Assembly (NCBI GenBank): GCA_027604505.1
Contig: JADIIX010000029.1
Span: 62,001 to 126,000 of the forward strand
Direction of reading: 5' to 3'
Source of the DNA: Gonapodya sp. JEL0774
Lineage: Eukaryota
DNA: 64,000 nt
This document shows positions 23,984 through 35,696 of the stretch, piece by piece (the stretch's first letter is position 1; each line of letters opens with the position of its first letter). Position numbers and translations under genes: made by a program. The notes under the pieces were generated by a model. That model did not search any database. It saw only the letters and a program-made list of their open reading frames with translations, and had not been told where the DNA came from.

Positions 23984-26900
23984 TCAAGGCTCAGAGTACG
24001 TTGCAGTCGCGGTAATTGTGATGGGGCTTCCCACTTTGTTGGGGGGAGCGCTTACTTGGTTCATGGGGAAGAGCAACTTGGCCACCGGTGTAAAGTTGAA
24101 TTGGGAGACTTGGGCACTCGCGCTCGCGGAGTAAGTCTGCTCACATGGAGAAAAGATGATGTGCATCAGAGGAAACGACAGAACTCGGGTTCTTCCCTCA
24201 AGGCCACTCACTACGCCCCACATATCAAACATTGGACGCATGTCCTTTCCCACAATGAACGACGATACTTTGGATTGCATTGCGGGAAGAATAAGACACG
24301 CTGCAAACCTTCACTAAATTTCAATCACTTACCGATAACCAAATAGTCGTTTCCGGTTAGAGTGGCCGGGTAGGTGGTAAACGTGGAGAAACCGAAAGAA
24401 GCAGCGATACTTGGCGACCACAACTTAGAAGCAGCCTGGAAGTTTCGAAGGTTCAGATAGAGAAGAGAAATGATAGGCCACCCATCTCCCATGTTCTTGT
24501 TGTAGTATCTGTTGTACTCGACCAGTTGACGGTAAAACATGACGCGTTCATCGTTGTTGGCAGCGTAGGCAGGATCGGACCAAACAGCTGTGTAAGTAGA
24601 AGCAGACGCATTGCTACTCGCAGCAGCGCTCTTGAGAATGTTGAAGACTTTCAAGCCGGCTCCTTGGCGATCGATAATCTGCTTAATGAGACCGTCGGGC
24701 CCTGAGTTCCAGATGTAGTGCTTATGGACGGGGAAGACATTGTTCGAGACTTCCCCCGACATTCCGCTATACACTCTCAGGAGATCGGGCTGAATTCCGT
24801 GCCCAATCTCGTGTGTTTCACCCCAACCAAGTGGATCGAATGCCCAGTCCTGATCGTACGGATTTCCGGCGCACCCACTACCACAGTATGCATGTGAGTC
24901 CGCAATAACGTGCTGAGTTCCATCTTTGCGATGCTGTACACCATTGCAGTCCCAGCCGTTGGCATTGCAAAAGGCAACAGCTTCCTTCGAAAGAGCAAAT
25001 GTACCGGCAGCGGAATTGAAACCAGCAAGCTCGTAGGTGTCCTTGATCATGTCTAACGAGAGCAGTGATAAATCAGAGAAGAAATTGATGTGAAAACATG
25101 GATAAGTTCCAATCGCTCACTCACAGGTCCACGTGTACATCACGAGTTTCGTCAAGTTTCCACTGTAGGTTTTTTGTGACTGCTGGAACATATCCAGCTT
25201 GCTGTGAAGCACCAGAGCGTCTGTAACTATTCCGACCCAGTTTGTTGCGGTGGATTTTAGCTGGGCATCAAAAGCGGCGAGCTGCGCTGGGTCGTTTGCG
25301 TTTCTTATAACCGGATGTGTGGTGACCCCGTCGACGCGAACTGACACTGTCTGCGGACCCGATGTGGCGGCTCCAACATGGAAAAACAACATTCCACCGT
25401 AGGGGCTGGTGATGACAAGTTCCTGTCCATTTGAAAGGCTCGAAATAGGTGACGCGAGCAACGTGGGCCCTTTTTGAATCAGTTTGAGATGTGGCTGTTC
25501 TTGTTATGCAACATAGCGGAAGTATTTCAACTTACTATCCATACCCGTTGGTTCATTGAACACCCTGCAAGAAAAATTCAGCGATGGTGTTACGTTTGTT
25601 CATGCAATAACATGGAAGAATGCCTCGCATACCATGTGGTATCACGGAACATATTGATTTGAATGGTTAGAGGAGCAGTGCTCAGATCCAGTCTTTTTAG
25701 CGTCATCGACCTTCCAGGCATGACGTAAAGACCAGTCATATAATCGGTGGTCCCAGAAGATGGCACCGCCACATCCACTGTCGACGAAATGGTCGGAACC
25801 GAAGCCGGAATGACACCCGCATAGTTTCCGAGATTCTTGGCCACTGTGCTGTACTGCCGATGCATGTACGAAACCATGTCTGAAAAGTAGGCTCGGTACC
25901 AGGTTGCCCCATTCACTAACTTGCTCAGCGGGTACGTAATTTGTTCCCGATACTTATCACCGAGAAGAATGAGCAACCGTTCGAGTTGGTATTCACTCGA
26001 AGACCCGAAAATGTAGCGGTTGTTGGCATCGAGGTTCCGTATGATGGCACGGAGATTCTCTGCAGTGGTTCCGAATTCGGCCATGTACGTTGTGTCGGCA
26101 CTACAAACAACCCTTGAGATCCCTGTCAAAGTGCATTGTGTGAACTTTGACGTGAAATCGCCTTTTTCGAGACGGTTTACTAGAGTCATAATGGGGCCAA
26201 TGGGTCCAGCGGGGAGAAGTGTTGAGGGATCCCAATCGAGCAAGCCGTTCTGAGCATCAGATGCAAGTAGTGCGATGAGCAACGAATCTGTGTGGAAAGA
26301 AAGAACCAGGTTCACGCACCTGATCCCACCAATTGTTTGATGATGAGATCTGGAATAGTGCCAGCATGCGAGCGGCCAAGTCCGTAATAACCCAATCGTG
26401 ATGCAGATAGAGAACCGCAGTTCCACGGGCTCGAGCACTGATGACAGCTTGCTGGACAACATCGCCGTTATACGCGTTTGGGCCCTGCTGCGCTCCGATA
26501 ACCAGTAGATCCACGGTCCCCTGCAAGCACCCTGCCAGTGCGGCTCCGTCACACGCATTATCCGCCTGCGTAGCAGGATTCGTGGATACTCCGTTGATTG
26601 TCACGCCGGGGAAATTCTTCGCAAACCAGGTTCGAGTGGGCGCCTCGTAGTTCCAGTAGGAATCACTGCTTGGAATATGCGCAGTGACGATTTTGAGAGA
26701 TGTAGGAATGGTTGTGCTATTATTTTCAAAACGAAGGGGCGATTGTGCAAAATAGCGATTTCTTCAGTGGAACAAATTCATTACCTCTTGAGAAGCCATT
26801 TCACCGTGTTGAGCATAACTGAATCCATGGCAGCGTTTCCGGGCTTCCCGATAGGACTGAAGCCAAAGGCTGCGTAGCTAGAAGTACGTAATCGTAGTTT

Positions 26901-28275
26901 TGGTTCCTCGTTCACGGACAGATCTCGAGTTACCTCATCGCTCAAAATACACACCGAGAGCAGTCGGATCCGGTGCCAACAAAAGCGAGACCAACTCCCG
27001 TGGATGCGACATTCGTCTTGTAGGCCCAGTTAGCTTGCAAAATGGGCAGGGTTCTTGTGAGATCGAGCGAAGTGAGGAAGATTGAGGACTGAGCAGGATC
27101 CCAAGTAATTCCCTTCAACGAGTTCGCATTGGCGGTTCCATCTGCATTCAACCCGAAGATGGCTTGCTTGATGCTCGAGTATTCTGATTGCTGGCTAGAG
27201 ATATAACTCCTCGTCGCATCCAAGATGGTGGACACCGAAAGGGCGCTTGCATCTCCGCTTACAAGTGCAGCGGAGATGGCAGGGTCAAACGACACTCCTG
27301 ATGCAAGCAAGCCACTGGAGCAAGTCCCAACTGGCCCTGATCCTGCCAAGGGTGTTACGGAGAGAGTGGTGGACGATCTGATAGGAGTTGCTGTGGTGAA
27401 CTTTGTAGTGGTGACGGCAGCTGCAAGAGTGGTTTTTGTCAAGGTCGCTGTGGCAGTCTTTGTAGTTGTCACATCCGTGGTTGCTGTTTGTGTTACAGCT
27501 TTCGTGAGAGTTGAGGTGGGAGGGGTTGCTGTGATCGTGCGAGAAGCGGTCGACGTTACCGTATTTGCGGCGGTGGTGGTTGAGCCCACGCGAGTGGTTG
27601 TACGAGTCGCGGTGGCCGTACTTGTCCCAGTGGTGGTGGCACCGATACCGAGAGGAAACCCTAAATGGGAGCAAGAAACATAAATTACGCAAATCCCATC
27701 TCTAATCAGGAGTCGAAGTGTACGCACAGGTCTTGCAGAGCCAGGCAGTCCAATCTGCGTAGTCCTGAGCCGTCATCGCTGTGCCTGTGCGACGAAGCCA
27801 AAGGTTAAGCCGAGGTTGATCGACAATCGGGCAGGTTTCACAAATTTCAAGCGTACCGGCATTCTTCGCGGCATAGATTGTGTCACAACTGCGTGGCTGT
27901 GCACCGATTCCTGCGGGGAACCTTCCACACAAAATGGTTAAGTACGATCCAGAGGAAGTGATGGATTTTCATGCATAGCTGACCATGTCTTGCATTTCCA
28001 TGCCGTCCAGTCCAAATAGTCCTGATTGGTCAGTTTGGCTCCTGCGACACAGAAACGCGCTCATCCAGTTGCACAATGGAAAAACATAGTTGCACTCATC
28101 ACTCACCAGAAAGGTAGGCTGCATAAATAGTATCGCAAGTTCGGGTTTGACGCTTGAGCCTCATGATGAAGCCATTTCCGTCGGCTACAGCGGCCTCTTG
28201 CACGTCAGCAGACACTACTAGCTGTGTCAACGATGCAACCCAGAGAGTCCCTATGGCGGCTAGGAGAAGCCTCAT
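23984..28275 (-). CDS. Secreted M60-like / IMPa(M88)-like zinc metallopeptidase (putative O-glycopeptidase/mucinase) with N-terminal Cys/Trp repeats and a Thr-rich linker
   Basis: Signal peptide MRLLLAAIGTLWVASLTQLVVSA; two ~40-aa repeats; Thr-rich stalk (~27340-27640); DPAISAALVSGDASAL; TGLYVMPG; ITSPYGGMLF; CGSGCAGNPYDQDW; GWGETHEIGHGIQ...SGEVSNNVFP (HExxH...E at ~24813-24751); DMRPMFDMWG. Many spliceosomal introns. Confidence 0.88.
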
Positions 28276-28895
28276 TGATAACGCTCTGATGGTACGTGAA
28301 AATTTGGAAGTATCGATGGTGTTGCGGTGTGGCAGAGCCATATTTCACACATCCACACTCGCAATCCCGAGAGACCGCGAGGGAAGGTCGACACAAGAAC
28401 GATCTCCTAAAGCAGCGGGCGTATGATTATGAATCAATCGGCTTTAGCCAGATTCGGAGTTCAGGAGCAGAATAGAGAATCGTCAAAGAAAGCCTCGAAG
28501 TCCTGAGTATTCCGCCATTCATTCATTTACCTTTGACCGCTCATCGAATCCTCAATCCTCAGGACTCTCCCTCCAAAAGCCAAGCGGCAAAGCCCTACAA
28601 ATGCCATACTATTATAATGCAGTGTTTCTTCTTATGATTTAGATACGAATGTTCGAGTAATATGGTGTACAATTGCACAGAGTCTCGCTCCCAGTCTTGA
28701 CTGCAGTTGAAACACACTCTCTCAATTTACATTTGTAGAAGACGTTTTCATTGTTACGTTGCAAGTTCATTTGAAGAAACAAAGAAAGAAAAGAAAGTAG
28801 AAGCCAACATCGAGCCCTGGAGTGTTTTCGCGGCCCTCCTTCACCGCAAACCCGCTCCCCCCTTGTTCCCACACCACACCAAACCAATACCCCCT

Positions 28896-31800
28896 TTACG
28901 ATCCCCACCCCGGTACAGCACCAGATCCGTTGCCTCCCGCACCCCACCCTGATACACCCCCCGCAGCAGTATCGTTACCTCTGGCGCCCCACCCAGATAT
29001 TCCACCCCCCACAGCGGTTTCGGTTCCTCCCGTACCCCACCCCGAACCACCCCGGCCCACAGCAGTATTATTACCAGCGTGCTCCTCATGCATGACCGTG
29101 GGTTTCCCATTATCTGCGGACTGGCCCCACCCACCCCTTCCACCATGTGGTTCCCCTTCCTGCTGCTGTCCGGCTCCCCAAGCTCCACCTGCACTACTGC
29201 CCCAGCCGCCACTGGTATTCCCCCACCCACCACCTCCACCAGTGCCGGCATTGCCGACGGTATTTGAGTCGATGTTTTCATGCTCACCCCCGTTTTGGGT
29301 ATCAGGAAGGCGAGACGAGGTGAAGTCCCGCTCTCCGTACCGACCCCTAAGCAAATACCAGCAGCGTGATCAGCCAACGCAACCAAAAAAAGAGATCGGA
29401 CCCAATAATACATAACACGAGTCGAAACAATGTTCTGACCACGTTCGCGAGATTTTAGAACTCACTCTCTCAAAGCCTCCCTCGCCTCCTTCCAAGCACC
29501 CTCTTCTGGTTCCTCGAGAAGATATTCAGCGTCGATGGTGGACATGCCAACGGCGGTTTGGTTACTGTGAATTACAGGTACACCAATGAACATATTAACC
29601 TGTTTGTACATCTCGTATGCAACGACAATTGTGCAAAACTCACCCATCAGTCCCTTCCACGGCCTGGGGTTTCCACCTTTCCCAGAATTCCGGTACTTCT
29701 TGCCCCATCTCCGCGAGCAGTTTTGCAACCTTTTCGGTGCACTCGTCGCTGACTCTGTCGTTCCAAAAGCTGGTCGCAAAACCCTCTCTGCCCACCCGAC
29801 CCGTACGGCCAATACGGTGGATATACTCCTCAAACGTCTTCGGAAAATCAAAGTTAATGATATGGATCACGTTGGGGATGTCTAAAAGGAATGCGGTGTT
29901 GGGACATAAGACCATTCGTTCGAAAGGTTCACCGTTCCCCCACAGCCATGTCCCTCGTACAGCAAATTTTCGACAGAACGTACCTAATCCTCTTTCTGCT
30001 ACGCCCGTTGCGACCATAATGGGACATTTATTGGATCTGAAGGCTTGCAATGCGTCTTCTCGCTCGAGCTGGGTGCGTTCACTGTGATAACTCGTCACAG
30101 GCAGGTCCCGGGTAAAGAGATAGTTGTCCAGTGTATCGCACATACTGCGCGAGTCTAATTAGTCGTGAAATTTTGGGGGAGATGGTGTGAGAACATGGGG
30201 AAAGATCTCCAAGAACGAGGCCCTGATATTGAAACCCACCGACGAAAATAAGTGTAAGACCAACCTTGGTATCTTCTGAGCTAAGCAAATTGACAAGGGC
30301 GTCGAGCTTGTCGCGTTGCCCCTCGACTTGTATGATTTTTTGGTTGATCTCTTTCGGAACAAGGCCGACTTTACCAACCTTTGAGGAGAATGAAAAGCAT
30401 GAAAAGCAAAGGATCAGCCAGTCCCACGTACAGCAAGTAGCTTCTGTGGTGACAAAGACATATGTCACCAAATTCTCACCGTAATGTACATGGGCTCACT
30501 TAACCACCGTCTCGCCAGCGCCCTCATATCTCTCGGGAAGGTCGCGGAAAACATACTGGTCTGCCTCTCCACCGCATCGGGCATTCCGTACTCCGAAATC
30601 AACCTTTCCACCTCGGGAGCGAAACCGCGATCAAACAAGCGGTCGGCCTCGTCGATGACCAGCATGAGAACCTTGTCGAGACGAATTATGCGCTTGTCGC
30701 AGAAGTCGAACATGCGACCTGGTGTGCCTATGAGTATGTCACAACCACGCTCGAGTTCATTTCGTTGGGTACGGGAGTTACCTGGTTGTGGAAGTTGGTG
30801 AAATTGGTTCTCACGTTTGATGCACAATTCAAATGTACCCACCCATGCCCCCGTAGATGACTCCGGGTCTGATGAACGTCCTGTAGCAGAATCTTCTTGC
30901 ATCGTCGAAAATTTGACAAGCGAGCTCTCGTGTAGGAGCGATGATGACCGCTCTTGGAGCCGCGCTGGGAGAGTGGAAATGGAAATTCGTTTTGCTTTAC
31001 TTGCCAGTACGTCGCCCGATAATCAAAACCAGTTACTTCGTGCAGATACGTACGTTGCGACTTTCTGCCACTCCTCCTTTATCACCTTTGCCGGACCCTC
31101 TTCCAACAACCTTTGCACTATGGGGATCATGTACGCAGCAGTTTTCCCACTTCCAGTTTGGGCACATGCCATGAGACTGAAGCCTTCGGAGATTATGGGT
31201 ATCGTATGGCGTTGAATTGGGGTAGGATCTGCGAATTTACACAGCTTGATGTTTTCCTGCAGAACCGAGTCCATCTCTAGGTCGGAGAACTGGTCCAAGG
31301 CAGTGAAACGTAGTTCAAGAGACGACAAGCGGAGTCAATCCATTGCAGTAGTTTGAGAATACTGAATACCACACTCACAGTTTTGATCGCAGCAGGAATA
31401 GGTGTATCTTTGTGAGCTGCTCGTACTTCCACCTGAATATGACCATAGTTCTCGAAATCAATTCCCCGGAGACGCTGGTCCTGGTATAGCTCTAAACCAA
31501 TTTTTGAGTCTCAGTGAAATGGTCTGAGTTTGCGTATTGATCATGCTCACCTTCCTCGATGGTTTCATTGCGCTCCCCATAACGCTCGCCTTCAGCAACG
31601 TCCCAGCGATCCTTCCTTTACATTTATAAAAGAAAAGCAAGCAGCATATTCTAGAATACTTTTCCTCAGAATCAATTCTGAAACCTGAAGCGGCACTCAC
31701 TTTGAGAACCAGTGCGGCTCTGTGTACTCTTTAGCAATCCCCATATCGACCAACTGAGGTCCTGGCCTGAGAGGTGTCTCCCCGAAGGAATCTCCCGGAG

Positions 31801-34141
31801 GATCTTCACTTGCGTGCTCAATACCGATCATGCCACCGGCACCGTTCGTCGCCAAATTGTCACTACTCCGTATGTCGCCTGGAGAAGTACCAGGAACTTC
31901 GGGAACTTCGGTATGAGACGGCGCCTCTCCCCATCCAGTCACTTGATCACCGTCTGATGCATGTCGACTTCGCACTTGACGTCCCGCTTCTTCACCCCGT
32001 TGCGAAGTGGCGGGCGTGGACTCCAGAGGATCCCATCCACCGGACGAATGCACGGCGGCAGAAGGTTCGGGTCGTGAAGAAGGTGACGCCCAACCTGTTG
32101 GCTGAACGTCCCTCTCTGTGCGGGCTGTACGAGTCGGAGGAGTGGTGGGTTGGTCCCAGCCAGACGGCTCAGTTCCACGACCGACGCGGGACATTTCATC
32201 GACGCCCTCCCATTGCGATCTGCCACCTACAAAATGCGTTTCAGGTTCCACCCTCTCTTGCTGCCGAGTAGGAAAAGTCAGTGGCTGTCCCCAACCGCCG
32301 TACCTGGGAGGAGTGGACTCGGCCGCTTTACGTTGACCGTATCCAGAAGAAACTGCAGAAGCTAAGAACGACAATAAGTTTTTCTTCCCCGTCCTGGTGC
32401 AATAAAAGAAAATTGCAGTGCTTACCGGAGTGGCTATCTGTGTTTTGCTTTGCCAGCGGTCTTTCAGGACCCGTGTCCTCCCAACCTACCCTCGGTCTCG
32501 TGGGCCAGTCTGTGTTCGGCGCTCTGCCATCACCCCAATCTTCACGTTCTTCCCTTCCGACCGGTACATCGGCACCGCTCCTCTCCCCGTACCCGTACAA
32601 GCCCGGCTGACTCTGTGGAGATCTGCGACGCTCATCCGTGGGGTCATCCCATCCGGTGGCTCCTCTGACAGCTCTTGTGTTGCTCTCCGCCAATCCTCTG
32701 CGCTCTGGTGCGATCGGCACCATCCGAGACTGTTGATCGGGAGTCGCTCCCGCGTCGTGATCTCTCCAAGCGCTTCGAGGAGGTAGGTCACGATCAGTTG
32801 GCCTGCTGACTTCTCTCGACACATAAGGGGACTCCTCCTCGAAATAGCGGCGCTGTTGGGGTTGCTCGAGCGGGCGGACCCGACGAAGGTTGTCGTTGTT
32901 GTTGATATTCAACGGATGACCTGGCGCCCGTCTTGGGACGGTTGATTTATCTCGAGGATCCGCAGTCAAGCCCGCTCTCTGATTGGCTGTGCGCGAGTCG
33001 TGGGATCCAAGATGATCGTCGTCGTATCGTGATGTCCTGGGTGCAGGGAGATCCTCAGGCGACACCTGCTGTGCAGGGTGATTTCGCACGGTGCGGAGTG
33101 GCCCTTCCATCGGAGCATAGAAGCGACTCGGACCAGGTTGAATGGTACTTCTATCTCGAACGGCCGGTTTCAAATCGTTTTCTGTGGAGGACTTGGATTC
33201 TGCTGTCATCTCCCCCGGATCTCGTGTTTCGCCGGTGTTCTCGGGTATCCTTTGATACCTTCGCATCTCTTCAGCGGTGTAGCGAGGACCAGATCCTTGC
33301 CGTCTGGTCTCGATTGACTCTTCCATCAGAGTATCTTGCGGAGCACCGGATCGAGACATGGGTGCGCCTAGTGTGCGATCCGGGCCGAAAAGATCGTTGA
33401 GACTGGTAGATCAACGGGGGAAGACGGGGAGTTGAGAACGACTCACGATTGCTCATTTGTGTGTAGCGATCATCACGAACTCCACCTGTCCCATATCGCT
33501 GCGGAGGTGGATACTGATCTTCAGAGTCGCGATGCATGGTTGGACTCAGATTTGGGGCTTGCGCGATGGCGCGACTGTAACTTTCCCTTCCTGTAGCTCC
33601 ACGATCTGCCAGATAGGTCGGTGCGGGAGGAGAATGCTGGTCTTCTCCATCCCACCCACCGCGGGGTTGTGGAGGCGGCCCCGGCACCAGAGTGTTTCTC
33701 GCCACCACCGGGGCACTTGAATCACGACCCTTTGCAGGAAAACGACCTTGATCGTCATAAAAACGCTGCTGCGGCTGAATTGAATGATCCATAGCCCCTC
33801 GGTTGTTCGGTGGTACAGCTTGTGGTGCGGCAGGTGGGGGGCGTGGAGGTGCCTGAGCTGGCGGCTTGGCGGGGTGATAGGCCGGCTCCGGATCGAGATG
33901 GACGTCCCTACCCTGTTTCCGCATAGATTCTTGGAATCGCTCTGCTCCTTTTGACGGGTAGGGAAACTCTACCCTCGGTGCTCTTCTTGTAGGCTGATCA
34001 GCTGATATCGCGAATGATAGCGAAGTGAGAGTTCCCACAGGATTGCAAAAACATTATTAGTGTTGCCTTACAGTCGGGCGACTCGTCCAAGTGAGAGGAT
34101 AGACCTCCGTATTGTGGGGGACCGGGTGGACGACTCGACAT
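28896..34141 (-). CDS. DEAD-box RNA helicase of the Ded1/DDX3/Vasa(DDX4) family with long disordered GW/WG-containing N- and C-termini
   Basis: PGINFENY N-terminal extension; Q motif [93 protein letters not shown]. Start ATG 34141 is inferred from a short first exon with a GT donor at ~34071. Confidence 0.93.
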
Positions 34142-35696
34142 GCTGGCAGCAGTGTACTAGTACAACGAAGTGGGAACAAAGTACACTCTGAGGCTGATCA
34201 CACGAAAGATCAATGATTAAAGGAATTTGACTCGAAAAATCGAAAGAGAAAGACGAGAAATTACGAAATTGGTTTCCGCAGATTGCGATGCAGGATGAGG
34301 GACATGAGTGTACATCGCAAAGGACGAAACCAGCGCTCACCAGGTGTCCAGACAAACTGCCGCTACTGGATTTCTCGAGCTGAAAGAAGGTCCCAAGGAA
34401 AGGGCGACTTGGGAAGGATTTGCGACAGAAAAACGTGGCGAGCGGAGGGAATGAAAGGGGAACGAGGCGATGACGTGAGGTTGTCGCGGTCATGCGAGCA
34501 GGGCAGCGGGGGCCATCTCACCTGGAGCGTTTCGTTACGGTCGAGGTATCGGTCGGTCTTACGTTGGAGCGAGAGCTTTTTCCTGTGGAACTGGGGTTGG
34601 AGAAAATTTTTCTTTTGTTTTCTTCTATTACTTCCCCGGCGGATGTCACGTGAAGTCGTTGCCACACACGGTGATTTATTAATTCTCACATCTGAACACA
34701 ACTACATGTGTATGTACATACATCAAATCAAATGTTCGAGCGTCCAAACGTGGAAAACCTTCTCGCTGTTTGGATGGGCAATTCAATGGTTACTAGTCAG
34801 CTTGACGTGTACCGTGCCATCCCGCCCTTGCGCTTGTATCAACAAAAAAGAATGACAGAACGCAGTTGATGTTGATCCGTCGATGAACAAGGCGTACGGT
34901 GCAACCGCTGAGAACACCTAGGGGGTGGTTTGGGGTTGTGTGGTTTTAGCCGCCACGGGTTCATTGAGGATAGAACAAGCTCAAATACATTCCGCCTATA
35001 TTCCCAATCGATGTCCCAATAAACTTCTGGGTAGACTCGCGACCATTGCCTTCTTTTCATGACGGAACGGCGGCATATCTGGACAGGGGCCGATCGACCT
35101 GGACAACAGTCACATTAACGCAATTTTACTTGTTGTAAATAGTGGTGGTGATCAGCAAGCCCATGCTTCACTTCCTTGTCGCTGTGTGGTTCCTTCTGCA
35201 CGCGACTGCCTCACGAAATAGTTCCGCCAGAGCCAATATAATGACAGTCTTGGATGAATCCGGGAAACAAAGCTAGTTAGATGATGTAGACCATCTCCAT
35301 GACACCTGCCAATTCCGACCCTGCAGTGTTTCAATCGACTGGACCTTTACTCGATGCTGCTAGCAACGACCAAACGTTTTACCCAGCGCCCACATACTCT
35401 TTCTCCGTATCATATTCCGCGACATCCTTCATTGTAATTGTTTGTACGTAAAACCCTGGCATTTTGAGCATTACAAACTGCCCTGCTGGTACGTGCTACC
35501 GCGCTGCCGCGGGCATGACATTAAAGGGGACGTCATATTGGTGTTCCTTGGTGGATGCGATTTGATTAGATTGTGGTGGGAAAGTGAGAGCGACAAGTTT
35601 TCTGAATGGGGGGGAGGCGGGAGTACCTGTTGACACGGTGACCCACAGGGAGGGGTGTGTGATTGATTTATTTTTGGTTTTCCAGCAGCTTAGTGC

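Noticed and set aside
22328..34141. Idea that the 2H phosphoesterase, GW helicase and peptidase form an antiviral or RNA-defence cluster
   Set aside because: Neighbourhood alone is weak evidence in a gene-dense eukaryotic genome; no shared regulatory or repeat signal is visible.
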